From assembly GCA_012267385.1 (NCBI GenBank), contig JAAXGW010000024.1, forward strand, positions 19,536-83,535: DNA of 64,000 bases, in the 5' to 3' direction. Positions 39,723-49,254 of the stretch are shown here, piece by piece. Each line of letters begins with the position of its first letter. Within the stretch, counting starts at the first letter, position 1. A program made the translations under genes and the position numbers. The DNA is from OMG group bacterium (GTDB taxonomy: Bacteria; Pseudomonadota; Gammaproteobacteria; Pseudomonadales; Azotimanducaceae). Below the pieces are notes generated by a model that was given only the letters and a program-made list of their open reading frames with translations, searched no databases and had not been told where the DNA came from.

Positions 39723-40161
39723 TGACAAGTTGTTCGAAAAAGCAGAATTGGCGTTGTAAAGAGTGTGAAGTTTTTTGAAGGGTCTTCCCTTTACGCTAAA
39801 AGGGGGAAAGAATAATCCCTTCGGCTTTGATCTTTCTCGCTGACCCTCAAATTTTTTTTAGGCGCGTGGCGAAATCTGTAGCGATGCACAAACTCTCGTT
39901 TCAACTTCGCAAACACACCTACGGCAGAAAAGAATGGTCCAGGATTCAATCAATCAGTTAGATAAGGTGATCTACGAGCACTACTCTTGTGCGAGTTTAA
40001 ATCGTTATCTTAGAAGTTTCATAACTAATACTAACCGAAGGTACAGTTTTAGAATCTATATTCAGTGTATTGGTGAATGAACTCGTTGATTTTCGCTGCA
40101 TACGGTATATAACCATACCTTGGACACAAAGGCTTCAGACATTCTCAATCCCCGTTGAGCG

Positions 40162-42069
40162 ATGAAAACACTCGGCAAATTCCAGTGGATCATAGTAGGT
40201 TGTATTGCAACCATCGTTTTGGCAGTGTCTGTAGTCATCTTCCTTTTGATCACCTCCAATATGGGAAGTCAAGATGGTGATGCTCGTATTGGACAATCGA
40301 ATACTGCAAAAAGTCAAAGAGCCGAAGCGGATCTCCTAGAGAGTTCAAAGTTTCAGTCGCCCGCGGAGGCCGTGAATGAACTGATCAATGTTGAAAGTAC
40401 GTTTCAGCGTACCGTGTCTCTCTACACCTATCTCACTGATATCGACACAAACGACCTTCTCGAGTTGTTGCGTCGCTCCGAAAGCTTAAAACGAAATAAT
40501 GTTCGATCGAATATACAGACGATCGCCTTACGCAAACTAGCGTCAATTGACCCTACCGAAGCTCTTCGCTGGATTGCAAATATTCCACGCGTACGACGTG
40601 CCCCAATGTTGGAGAGTGTGTTCTATGAATGGTCGCTAACAAATCTGAGCGATGCGGTCAAAGGAGCAAAAACACTAGACGGAATAGATCGGCGAACTGC
40701 TCTTGAAGCAATTCTCTCTACACGTAACGATCTATCGAACTCCGTGCTACTCGAGATCGCTCACGACTTGGAACTAGAAACGATTGCTCAGCACCACGTT
40801 AGTGAAGTCCAAGCTCTTGAACTTCTTGACGATCCCAGTTCAGCTTGGGACTTTGTTCTAAATGATGGTCTCGAAGACGCAAACCAACTTGAACTGTTAA
40901 AACTTGTCGCGTCCGCGTGGACGGAACAAGAAGGCTTTGATGTGATGCTACACACGGCTGCCCTATTCCAAAACAAAGACGAACGAGCGGTATTGAGTAC
41001 TGTCGTTGAAGGCGTTGTCGCCACCCAACTCGAAGAAGCGTTTGTCTATTTACAAAACATACCACGGGCAGATCAAGGCGAGCTTCCTTGTGCGCTCGCA
41101 ATCGTCGCAGCTCGTATCAATCCCAATCTCGCTTTCACTGAGATCGCAAAGTGGTCTGACGAACCGATACACACGCAAATGCAAAAGGCCGCGGCCAACT
41201 CATGGGCACACTCGAACCCGCGAGCAACGTTGGACAATCTCGAGTTGTTGCCCCAGGTTACCCGAGTGGAAGCAATCGACATCGCGTTGACCCAACTGGC
41301 TTATGCATCACCAGAAGAGGCGATCCGATATATTGGTTTGGTCAATGAGTTTCTACGATCTGAAACGCGCATATTGACGATCATCGCGAAACAGTGGTCT
41401 AACGTAGATCCAGAAGCAGCACTCGATTGGGTGATGTCCTATTCAGAATCGAATGAAAATTTGCGAGATGCTCTGGTTCAAAACGTGTTTAAAAATCTTG
41501 TTGCTGTTGACACGCAAAAGGCACTAGAACTATCTCGTGAAATCTGGAGTACCAGACTTAGTGTCGAGGATGCAGCAGAATACGATGTCATCTCGGAACT
41601 TGTGGCAATGGGGAAGATAGACGAAGCAATAGATCTTCTTCCCGAGATTCACGAACAAGCACGATACTTTGCCATCGACGAACTTGGACGATCGCTTGTG
41701 CAGGCGGGAGATCCATATTCCGCAATCGAGTTGGGTGTAGACGTGCCGTTTTTGAACGCTCCTTTGGTTGGCCCAGCAACTTATTACTTCGGAGTATTTC
41801 ATGAATGGGCGGACCGCGACCCTCAGCAGCTGTTCAATTCTCTACAAGCAATCACATCGATACCAATCCGGTCGATGGCCGCTCAGATACTCCTAGAACG
41901 TCAAGAGTCTAGACCCGCTCTATCGGACGAGTCTGTCAAGTCTGCGGAACAGTTTCTTAGTGAGCATCCAGCAACAAGCCATGTCTATATGCTCGAACTG
42001 GAAATACGAGACGAGAAAGGTCTAATCGATCTAGATGAGATGGTCATACCAAAAGATTGGTTCGAATAG
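40162..42069 (+). CDS. C-type membrane-anchored helical-repeat protein (copy 2)
   Basis: 635 aa, collinear with copy 1 along its full length. It ends ...EMVIPKDWFE. Confidence 0.85.
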   Translation: MKTLGKFQWIIVGCIATIVLAVSVVIFLLITSNMGSQDGDARIGQSNTAKSQRAEADLLESSKFQSPAEAVNELINVESTFQRTVSLYTYLTDIDTNDLLELLRRSESLKRNNVRSNIQTIALRKLASIDPTEALRWIANIPRVRRAPMLESVFYEWSLTNLSDAVKGAKTLDGIDRRTALEAILSTRNDLSNSVLLEIAHDLELETIAQHHVSEVQALELLDDPSSAWDFVLNDGLEDANQLELLKLVASAWTEQEGFDVMLHTAALFQNKDERAVLSTVVEGVVATQLEEAFVYLQNIPRADQGELPCALAIVAARINPNLAFTEIAKWSDEPIHTQMQKAAANSWAHSNPRATLDNLELLPQVTRVEAIDIALTQLAYASPEEAIRYIGLVNEFLRSETRILTIIAKQWSNVDPEAALDWVMSYSESNENLRDALVQNVFKNLVAVDTQKALELSREIWSTRLSVEDAAEYDVISELVAMGKIDEAIDLLPEIHEQARYFAIDELGRSLVQAGDPYSAIELGVDVPFLNAPLVGPATYYFGVFHEWADRDPQQLFNSLQAITSIPIRSMAAQILLERQESRPALSDESVKSAEQFLSEHPATSHVYMLELEIRDEKGLIDLDEMVIPKDWFE

Positions 42070-42072
42070 TTA

Positions 42073-43860
42073 GTGAAGAACGGAATTGTGCTGATGGCAA
42101 AATCAACACTAGAAAGAGTGAAAGGAGATTTGTCCTCAGTGCTACCGCGCTTTATGTTCTGGCGAGATAGAGCGCGATCAATGGTCTTGCTAATCGCGAT
42201 CTTGGTACTAGCGCATGTTGTTGTAACGAACGAGGTAGCAATTACAGATTTGGCGGTCGCACAACAAAACATCGATCATTCAAAACAGACGACATTGCTT
42301 CCTCCGATTCTAACCGACCACAAAACTGGTTTCGAACGCAATGTAACTCTCTATACCGAGCTCGTAAACGCCGGAGAGAAAGAGTTGCGTACCCTATTAA
42401 TCGAATCACTCGCGATCAAACATTCTAGTATCAGAGACGAGACCTTGTTCGCTATCGGTAGCCGGTTTGGATTAATCAATCCGCAACAAGGCATAGACGA
42501 AGCGAACGAGCTTCCAGTTCACCAACGTAAACCTCTAATTAAGGGAATTTTTTCTGAATGGTCTGGATCAAATTTAGACACTGCGGTTGCTGCCGCTTCG
42601 AATCTCGATCGAGACTCACGGCTAACCGCGTTAGCAGCTATTGCGAACGTTAGGGACGACTTGTCCGACTTAAAACTTCAAGAACTAGCAAGTGACTTAG
42701 GCCATCCCGATTTTGTAGCTCAATCGAACAGCAAATTGAACATTGTCGAGTTGTCTGATGATCCGATCACCGCTTGGAATACATTGGTCCACGACGGACT
42801 GGACGATGCGTCGCAAGTCGACTCTTTCGTGCTTCTAGCTGAATCAATGATTGAACAGCAAGGACTCGATGCTCTGTTTCAACTTCGAATACCGTTTTCT
42901 GAGGCCATAAGGCATAGCGAATTTCTAGGTGGTAGGGGTGGAGTTTTCGGTTCGATTGTGGACGCTATTGTTAGAAACGATCCACAGACCACATGGACTT
43001 ACATTGAAAACGGATTCACTGAAACGGCAGACAGTTCGGCACAATCAACCAATCAACAATTCCCAAACGAAGTGTCGCGACGAGAGCGCGCACATATGAC
43101 AAACGTTGTACAGCGATTACTTCTCGCATCGTGGGCGATAGTCGATCCAGCATCGGTGAATGATCGAATCGAGCAGCTTCCAAACCATTTACAACCGTTA
43201 GCCTGTGAGCAAGCTCTTCCTGAACTTGCGCGGACCGAACCAGAGCGAACCGTTGAACTAGTCCAAACATTGAAGAATCTCGGTGCAAGTCAGTCTAGAA
43301 CATTGCGCCTAATTGTCGCGCAATGGTCGTCCAACGACCCATCCAGTGCAATCGATTGGGTGTTGTCTTCGCCAGACATCCAGCCAGAATCGCTTGACGA
43401 CATCTTGAAACCAGCTTTGTACTCGCTAGTTGTCGAGAATCCAACTCGGGCACTGGAAATAGCTGCACAGCAACCAAATTCTTCACGACTTGAAGCTTTT
43501 GTGATTAGCGAACTAGCTCTTTCAGATTTAGATAGAGCTATCGAGTTATTGCCTTCGGTGAGTCAACCGGCACGACATCTCTCAACTCTTTGGGTAGCTG
43601 ATAACGCGATTGAGCTCGGAGACGTTGATCGCGCGCTAGAGCTTGTGATAAAACTCGAAGAGTCTTCCGAAGAAATAATTTATTGGTCAAGTTTTTTTTG
43701 GACATGGTGTAGAGAAAATCCAGTTCAACTCTTTGAAAGATTGGATGAGTTACCTCAAAATTTGAGACAAGAAGCTGCCCGTGAATTGGACTCCAGATGG
43801 AGACCAGAACTTACTCAAGAGCAACTAGACTACGTCCGCACGCTGTATGACAAAAACTAA
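42073..43860 (+). CDS. D-type membrane-anchored helical-repeat protein (copy 2, intact)
   Basis: 595 aa. GTG 42073 lies 3 nt after the C' stop; an alternative start is ATG 42094. TM: MVLLIAILVLAHVVV. It ends ...LTQEQLDYVRTLYDKN. Confidence 0.8.
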   Translation: MKNGIVLMAKSTLERVKGDLSSVLPRFMFWRDRARSMVLLIAILVLAHVVVTNEVAITDLAVAQQNIDHSKQTTLLPPILTDHKTGFERNVTLYTELVNAGEKELRTLLIESLAIKHSSIRDETLFAIGSRFGLINPQQGIDEANELPVHQRKPLIKGIFSEWSGSNLDTAVAAASNLDRDSRLTALAAIANVRDDLSDLKLQELASDLGHPDFVAQSNSKLNIVELSDDPITAWNTLVHDGLDDASQVDSFVLLAESMIEQQGLDALFQLRIPFSEAIRHSEFLGGRGGVFGSIVDAIVRNDPQTTWTYIENGFTETADSSAQSTNQQFPNEVSRRERAHMTNVVQRLLLASWAIVDPASVNDRIEQLPNHLQPLACEQALPELARTEPERTVELVQTLKNLGASQSRTLRLIVAQWSSNDPSSAIDWVLSSPDIQPESLDDILKPALYSLVVENPTRALEIAAQQPNSSRLEAFVISELALSDLDRAIELLPSVSQPARHLSTLWVADNAIELGDVDRALELVIKLEESSEEIIYWSSFFWTWCRENPVQLFERLDELPQNLRQEAARELDSRWRPELTQEQLDYVRTLYDKN

Positions 43861-43909
43861 CAGTAGAACGCAAAAGCGTTTTCCAAGTGTGAATGTACCT
43901 GACGCGTTG

Positions 43910-44944
43910 CTAAGGCAACATCGAACTACTCTGCTCACCTAAATCGGAAGATTCGGACTCATCTTCACAACTGAAGTCCTGGTACCAGTGTGAAAATTGG
44001 TTTGCACTTGGAAAGATAATGGTCAATCGAACGCGAAACGAATATTCAAAGTGATTCAACACCACAACATCTAGATCCGGTTCACGCTCAAACGTCCCTT
44101 GGAATTTCAGTTCTCGGACTCGAAGTCCAAAGTGAGGAACAAATCCGCGACCTGCACTTTGGTCGAACATCGTGAACTCATGTGTTTCTGGGTCAATCGC
44201 CAAGGTGAGTTGCAGATGCTTGGTCACAGGAGACTTGGACTTTCGGTTCGGTTTAAGACCCACAAACAGTTGCTCATCGTCTGTTCCTAGATAGTGTGTT
44301 GGGACCAACGATTCAAACCACGATTTCATCGCGGCGGGGTGAAAATCGCCCACTGGAATACGCTCCTCGCGACGCGCTCGTTTCTGTTCCACGCTACTGA
44401 ATAGCGCAATTTTCTCTTGATAATGACTATATCGTTCACTCTCGCTCGGTTCTTCATCATCAAGCTTTAGCAGTGTCCAAGGCGGTTCTAGCGTCGCGTC
44501 AAATTTTTCTTCAACTCTCGCAGAAACTGTGTGCGCAGCTGGAGTATCGAACCATTCCATCAGCGCTTTCCTCCCCGGTTGCAGAAGCGAGTGGCGAAGT
44601 GCATAAATACTACGACGAGTGGGCTCTCCATCGCAGTCATCACATGGAGCAGTGATTTTGGTGTACGTACAGGGACGGTTCTCGTCAGTACCTAGATTTT
44701 TGACTGCGGTAGACCAAATTTCTAGAGTGTCTTCAGCAATAGGCTCTGCGTCGAGCCACAAGTGCTCCACGTCAAACCCATTGGTAACTGTGGAAACCTC
44801 TTTAGCGTCCCGCGTATCAGAGCTAATTATTGAAATTCGAACACTGCAACTAGAAGTGATGAGAAGAATAAAAAGCAAGCCTGTAGCGGTTATAACAGTT
44901 TGAAGACTGCGCATTAGAAAAAGTGACCAAAAACTAGGGTTCAA
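43910..44944 (-). CDS. hypothetical lipoprotein
   Basis: 344 aa. It has an N-terminal hydrophobic segment ending in a lipobox-like LLITSSC. It is convergent with the D' gene. I recognise no family. Confidence 0.6.
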   Translation of the reverse strand: MNPSFWSLFLMRSLQTVITATGLLFILLITSSCSVRISIISSDTRDAKEVSTVTNGFDVEHLWLDAEPIAEDTLEIWSTAVKNLGTDENRPCTYTKITAPCDDCDGEPTRRSIYALRHSLLQPGRKALMEWFDTPAAHTVSARVEEKFDATLEPPWTLLKLDDEEPSESERYSHYQEKIALFSSVEQKRARREERIPVGDFHPAAMKSWFESLVPTHYLGTDDEQLFVGLKPNRKSKSPVTKHLQLTLAIDPETHEFTMFDQSAGRGFVPHFGLRVRELKFQGTFEREPDLDVVVLNHFEYSFRVRLTIIFPSANQFSHWYQDFSCEDESESSDLGEQSSSMLP

Positions 44945-45006
44945 GCACCACTAGCACTAGATTAGCGCTGTGCGTGAATAGGTCAAACGACCATTCCTCT
45001 GGAGGA

Positions 45007-45327
45007 TTACTCCGGTTCTACTACGACCCCAGTGCCGTACGCAAGTAGTTCTGCAGACCCGGCCATCATGACTGACGTTGTAAAGCGTACCCCGACTACT
45101 GCGTTTGCGCCAATTTCTCTTGCATGGTCTTTCATGCGATCTAAGCTTTGTTCGCGGCTCTCGGCGATCAACTTCGCATATTCACGTATTTCGCCGCCCA
45201 CGACATTCTTAAAGCCAGCCATGATGTCTTTTCCAATATGGCGTGCACGCACCGTGTTACCCCTAACTAGCCCTAACGACTTAACGACTCGCATGCCAGG
45301 TACTGTTTCAGTATTTACAACAATCAT
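45007..45327 (-). CDS. YbjQ/UPF0145-family protein
   Basis: 106 aa. ...GLVRGNTVRARHIGKDIMAGFKNVVGGEIREYAKLIAESREQSLDRMKDHAREIGANAVVGVRF... is a typical YbjQ_1 domain. Confidence 0.8.
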   Translation of the reverse strand: MIVVNTETVPGMRVVKSLGLVRGNTVRARHIGKDIMAGFKNVVGGEIREYAKLIAESREQSLDRMKDHAREIGANAVVGVRFTTSVMMAGSAELLAYGTGVVVEPE

Positions 45328-45329
45328 TA

Positions 45330-45572
45330 CTACAACTCCACGTCTTTGTATCTATCAGTTTTACGTTCGATCAATCTTTCTCGAATGACGACGAGTAAAA
45401 GAATACCGCCACCAGCAATGCCGAAAACGATTATCCCTTTGAACATCCAAGGTACATCTTCATTAAATACCCCATAGACACCCCAAGCTGCAAGACTTAC
45501 ATAACAGATTGCACACAGCAATAACGCTAGTAGTCCCACGTTGGTGAACACTTTTGTAACACGATCTTTCAT
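45330..45572 (-). CDS. small two-TM membrane protein
   Basis: 80 aa with two hydrophobic helices. Its stop lies 2 nt before the ybjQ-like start, which suggests operon coupling. Confidence 0.55.
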   Translation of the reverse strand: MKDRVTKVFTNVGLLALLLCAICYVSLAAWGVYGVFNEDVPWMFKGIIVFGIAGGGILLLVVIRERLIERKTDRYKDVEL

Positions 45573-45754
45573 AATCTCATATCCTGTTGATTACTCCTCT
45601 ACTGCGATTTCTTCAACACTCAATATTCTCTTCTTATTTTAAGGGTACCGTCGACACGATTCCTCTGGCAAATTAACTGGCAACATTTGTGAGAAGATAT
45701 GCTCGACGGGATGATTTGAATAAATAGATCTTTAGGAATCACATCTTCTTCAAT

Positions 45755-46183
45755 CTATGGCTCGTCAATTAAGGCTTCTCGTAAGCGCATGGCATGGTCC
45801 GCAAGAAGTTCTGAATCTGCTAAGTCCCGCGCATGAAAACGCTGCTGCAACCCACCCCAACGCGGTATGACATGAAAGTGCAAATGGAACACCGACTGTC
45901 CCGCACCTGCCCGATTTAACTGCATGATCATTACGCCTTCTGGTTGAAATACCGAGTCCACTGCACGCGCGATTCGACGAGTTTGCAACATCAAGTGTTG
46001 TAATCCCTCATCGGAAACGGAAAAAATGTCTTTCGCGGGTTCCTTGGGAATAATAAGAGTATGACCAGTACTTTGTGGCATCACGTCCATCATGCAAAAA
46101 CACTTATCGTCTTCATGCACAATGTGTGCCGGAGCTTCTCCACGCAAAATTTTGGCGAAAATATTGTTTGAATCGTAGGTCAT
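45755..46183 (-). CDS. HIT-family (histidine triad) protein
   Basis: 142 aa. It has ...GHTLIIPK... and the histidine triad ...VFHLHFHVIPR... Confidence 0.85.
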   Translation of the reverse strand: MTYDSNNIFAKILRGEAPAHIVHEDDKCFCMMDVMPQSTGHTLIIPKEPAKDIFSVSDEGLQHLMLQTRRIARAVDSVFQPEGVMIMQLNRAGAGQSVFHLHFHVIPRWGGLQQRFHARDLADSELLADHAMRLREALIDEP

Positions 46184-46283
46184 GGTAGTACTCTATTGAT
46201 CTCTATATTTCTGCGACAACAGATGATCCGAAAGACAAAAGGCAGTGTGTCGTCGTACAACACGCTTAGAACTTTCGCTTCGG

Positions 46284-47039
46284 ATGAATAAGGTTCAGAT
46301 TTTGCAAAGAACTGGTTCGAAATTGATGTGTCTTTCACAGTGCTGTATAGCTCTTGGTGTGTGTCTGATCGTATCTGCTTGTGCGACCGTAGACGTTGAA
46401 TACCGCTTTGACGACGATGCAGCACGAATTGGCGAAGCAAGCCTTTGGGACAACTGGTATGAAACTGTTCAGCGCACGAACGACGAACTAGTCGCAATTG
46501 AGGTGTGTATTGAGGATGAATCGAAGTGCAATCGCGATATGCGCAGAATCCGACTTGTTGTAGTTAATGGAAAAAAATTGCAACCGGAACAACAACTACA
46601 ACTCGTTAAGCGGTACATAAACCGAATGCGTCGCTACAACGACGATCGTAGAACCTATAAAGAGCTTGAAGATTCTCGATTATTAGTTGCCCAACAATGG
46701 TCTACACTGATGGACTTCATGCAAAAAGGTGGAGATTGTGAGGACTTTGCGACCGCAAAATACGCACTATTAAAACTCATAGGTTTCGACACCCACGACC
46801 TTCGCATAGTTGTTGTGTATGACCAAGACGTGCAAGAATACCATGCCGTAATCGCGGTTCGTATCGATGAGGATCAAGTGGCCCTACTGGACATCGACAA
46901 CAAGATCTACTCTCGGCGACCTCCCCACTATAGATTTGTTTACTCCATCAACGAACACTCTATTTGGGACCATTCTTTGGAGGACACTCGGTTACCACGC
47001 GCATTGAGGAAGCGTCAAGCTAGCAATCAATCAGATTGA
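46284..47039 (+). CDS. bacterial transglutaminase-like cysteine peptidase (BTLCP / LapG-like, DUF920), lipoprotein
   Basis: ...GGDCEDFATAKYALLKLIGF...EYHAVIAV...LLDIDN... fits the Cys/His/Asp pattern of the BTLCP family. The likely start is ATG 46284 (MNKVQ...CIALGVCLIVSAC, lipobox); the ORF track begins at GTG 46245. Confidence 0.7.
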   Translation: MNKVQILQRTGSKLMCLSQCCIALGVCLIVSACATVDVEYRFDDDAARIGEASLWDNWYETVQRTNDELVAIEVCIEDESKCNRDMRRIRLVVVNGKKLQPEQQLQLVKRYINRMRRYNDDRRTYKELEDSRLLVAQQWSTLMDFMQKGGDCEDFATAKYALLKLIGFDTHDLRIVVVYDQDVQEYHAVIAVRIDEDQVALLDIDNKIYSRRPPHYRFVYSINEHSIWDHSLEDTRLPRALRKRQASNQSD

Positions 47040-47064
47040 ACGAATGAGTTATCACGAAACCCTC

Positions 47065-47886
47065 TTACCCCTGCTTCAATGGTAATTGGGAGCGTTGACG
47101 CAAGACTTCGTACATGACAATTGTGGCGGACATCGCAGCATTCAATGAGTCTGCTTGACCGTGTTGTGGTATCGTCACTGCATCTTGCGCAATTTGAAAC
47201 CATCGGCGCTCTAGTCCATGGGCTTCACTCCCCACAACAATGGCTATACGATTCGGATAGACATAGTCCGTATAGTTTGTGTCTTCATCGGGGCCGGTGG
47301 CGATAACGACGATATCATGTTCTTGGAACCAAGAAATGAGAGCTTCAAACTCGGAAAGGATTAAAGGTACAGAAAACAGAGTACCAATACTTGCTCTTAC
47401 GACATTTGGATTGAACACGTCGACTACTGGATTCTCAATAATCACAGCGTGCGCCCCAACGGCATCAGCCGAGCGCATTACCGCTCCTAGATTACCTGGT
47501 TTCTCAACACCGGAACAAATTACGAAGATTGCGTCGTCAGCGACCTCGAAATCCTCCAACTGCACGTCATGCTTGTGTGCGATTGCGACTATCCGTGAAC
47601 TCGAACGATAACACATAGTTTGAGATACCCGAGCGGTCACGCTAAAGATACACCCCTCCTCCAACGTCTCACGCGCCTTCTGAAACGCAGGAGATGAGTT
47701 TTCATCTTGCAGACACTCATCGTGTATAAAAAGGGAGTGTAGTTTAACTCCGTTGTCTACGGCTAGCTCAAGCTCTTTCGTACCTTCAACGATGAAGAGT
47801 CCCTCTTGATCTCGCGTACTCTTTTTGTGAAGGGATTGCGCGAGTTTGACTTGTGAAAATTTGGTACTTGTTATTCGTTTGGGCAC
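47065..47886 (-). CDS. TrmH/SpoU-family RNA 2'-O-methyltransferase
   Basis: 273 aa. It has SpoU motifs ...GVEKPGNLGAVMRSADAVGAHAVII..., ...VVGSEAHGL... and ...DSLNAAMSATIVMYE... Confidence 0.85.
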   Translation of the reverse strand: MPKRITSTKFSQVKLAQSLHKKSTRDQEGLFIVEGTKELELAVDNGVKLHSLFIHDECLQDENSSPAFQKARETLEEGCIFSVTARVSQTMCYRSSSRIVAIAHKHDVQLEDFEVADDAIFVICSGVEKPGNLGAVMRSADAVGAHAVIIENPVVDVFNPNVVRASIGTLFSVPLILSEFEALISWFQEHDIVVIATGPDEDTNYTDYVYPNRIAIVVGSEAHGLERRWFQIAQDAVTIPQHGQADSLNAAMSATIVMYEVLRQRSQLPLKQG

Positions 47887-48000
47887 TAAACTATTCTCGA
47901 ATTTGTCGTGAAATCGTATTTTTGTTCGTACACGATAACAACATTTCGCCTGTTTGGTGTATGATTATTCGTAACTACCATCAATCGGAGCAACACGACG

Positions 48001-49236
48001 ATGACTGCACCTAATCGAAGGGACATACTGAAGTGGGGATCAGCAGCTGGAGTCACTGGGGGATTGCTGAGCACGAATGCATTCGCGTCGGTGCCAAATG
48101 GATCGACGAACGCGAAGACTCAACCAGAAGTGAAGAAGTACAAGGAGTTAGGTCGGACAGGACTGAAGATTTCCGACATTTCGTTCGGGTCTAGCCGGCT
48201 AAGGAGTGGACAGGAAGACATCGTTCGCCATGCTATGGATCGAGGTATCAACTATTTAGATTCAGCTCATAGTTACCAGGGTGGTCAATCGGAAACCGTA
48301 ATTGGAAACGCAATCAAGGGCAAGCGCGATCAAGTGTACCTCGTGTCTAAAGCACATACAAACGCGAGATGGACGATCGAACAGATCATGAAACATTTGG
48401 AAGAGTCGCTGAAGAGGCTTAAGACTGACTATGTGGATGTGTATCTGAACCACGCCGTTAATGACGTTGCGCGTATGAAGTCCGACGATTGGCAAGGTTT
48501 TGTCGAAAAAGCTAAAGAACAAGGCAAGATACTGTTTAGTGGAATGTCAGGTCATGCAGGACGCTTGAACGACTGCTTGGAGTACTCTCTAGATGAAGAT
48601 TTGTGCGACGTCATTCTTGTGTCCTACAACTTTGGACAAGATCCCTCATTTCTCGCGAACTTAACCCGTGGTATGGATAGGATCGCACGACAACCAGATT
48701 TGCCAAGACTATTGGAAAAAGCAAAGAAAAAGGATGTCGGAACGATCGCAATGAAGACGCTGTCCGGGGCACGCTTAAATGACATGCGTGAATACGAGAC
48801 CGAAGAAGGCACCTTTGCACAAGCAGCGTTTCGTTGGGTTTTATCCGACGCAAACGTGGATGCTTTGATCGTGTCCATGACAAGCGAGACTTTGATTGAC
48901 GAGTATTTGGTCGCTTCTGGTGATGAAGAGGTTTCTTATCACGACCGTCAGTTGCTACATCGATATGCGCAGTTGAACAGTACGACGCAATGCCGACAGG
49001 GATGCGACGATTGCTATGGGAGCTGTCCGTATAACGTTCAAATCGCTGATGTTCTACGTACTCGAATGTATGCGACAGATTACCAAGATGTTGACATGGC
49101 GCGTACCGAATACGCCAATATTGCGATCAATGGTAAAGCGTGTTTGACCTGTAGTGGAGCTCCCTGCAAAGATGCTTGTACCTATGGGGTTGCGATTGCC
49201 GATCTTTGCGCACCGACTCATCGCATGCTCGGTTAA
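48001..49236 (+). CDS. aldo/keto reductase with Tat signal and C-terminal Cys-rich (Fe-S-like) extension
   Basis: 411 aa. It has the twin-arginine motif NRRDILKWGSAAGVTGGLL...AFA, an AKR core (...GINYLDSAHSYQGGQSE..., ...DYVDVYLNHA...), and a C-terminal ...CRQGCDDCYGSCPYN...CLTCSGAPCKDACTYG... Confidence 0.8.
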   Translation: MTAPNRRDILKWGSAAGVTGGLLSTNAFASVPNGSTNAKTQPEVKKYKELGRTGLKISDISFGSSRLRSGQEDIVRHAMDRGINYLDSAHSYQGGQSETVIGNAIKGKRDQVYLVSKAHTNARWTIEQIMKHLEESLKRLKTDYVDVYLNHAVNDVARMKSDDWQGFVEKAKEQGKILFSGMSGHAGRLNDCLEYSLDEDLCDVILVSYNFGQDPSFLANLTRGMDRIARQPDLPRLLEKAKKKDVGTIAMKTLSGARLNDMREYETEEGTFAQAAFRWVLSDANVDALIVSMTSETLIDEYLVASGDEEVSYHDRQLLHRYAQLNSTTQCRQGCDDCYGSCPYNVQIADVLRTRMYATDYQDVDMARTEYANIAINGKACLTCSGAPCKDACTYGVAIADLCAPTHRMLG

Positions 49237-49254
49237 GAACAGGCGTTTTAACTT

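Larger units (their letters stand above)
36029..43860 (+). repeat. two tandem copies of a ~4.13-kb two-gene unit (C-type gene followed by D-type gene)
   Basis: The C-type starts at 36029 and 40162 are 4133 bp apart. By eye, C vs C' and D vs D' are much more alike than the A/B paralogues are, with nearly identical nucleotide tracts. Confidence 0.9.

Noticed and set aside
39786-39860. An imperfect long hairpin (GAAGGG...CTTCCCTTT-loop-AAAGGGGGAAAG...CCCTTC) and a T8 run after the D-type copy-1 remnant, considered as a possible terminator. Similar weak hairpins occur at 43866-43880 and 12538-12555.
   Set aside because: The stems are short or imperfect, and the T-run is ~20 nt away from the hairpin. 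I cannot compute folding energies, so none is reported as a terminator.
46180-46497. A 105-aa minus-strand ORF and the first 13 codons of the 46245 + ORF.
   Set aside because: The minus ORF overlaps the BTLCP lipoprotein signal region and has an Arg/Cys/Ser-rich composition. The + gene more plausibly starts at ATG 46284, which yields a normal lipoprotein signal.
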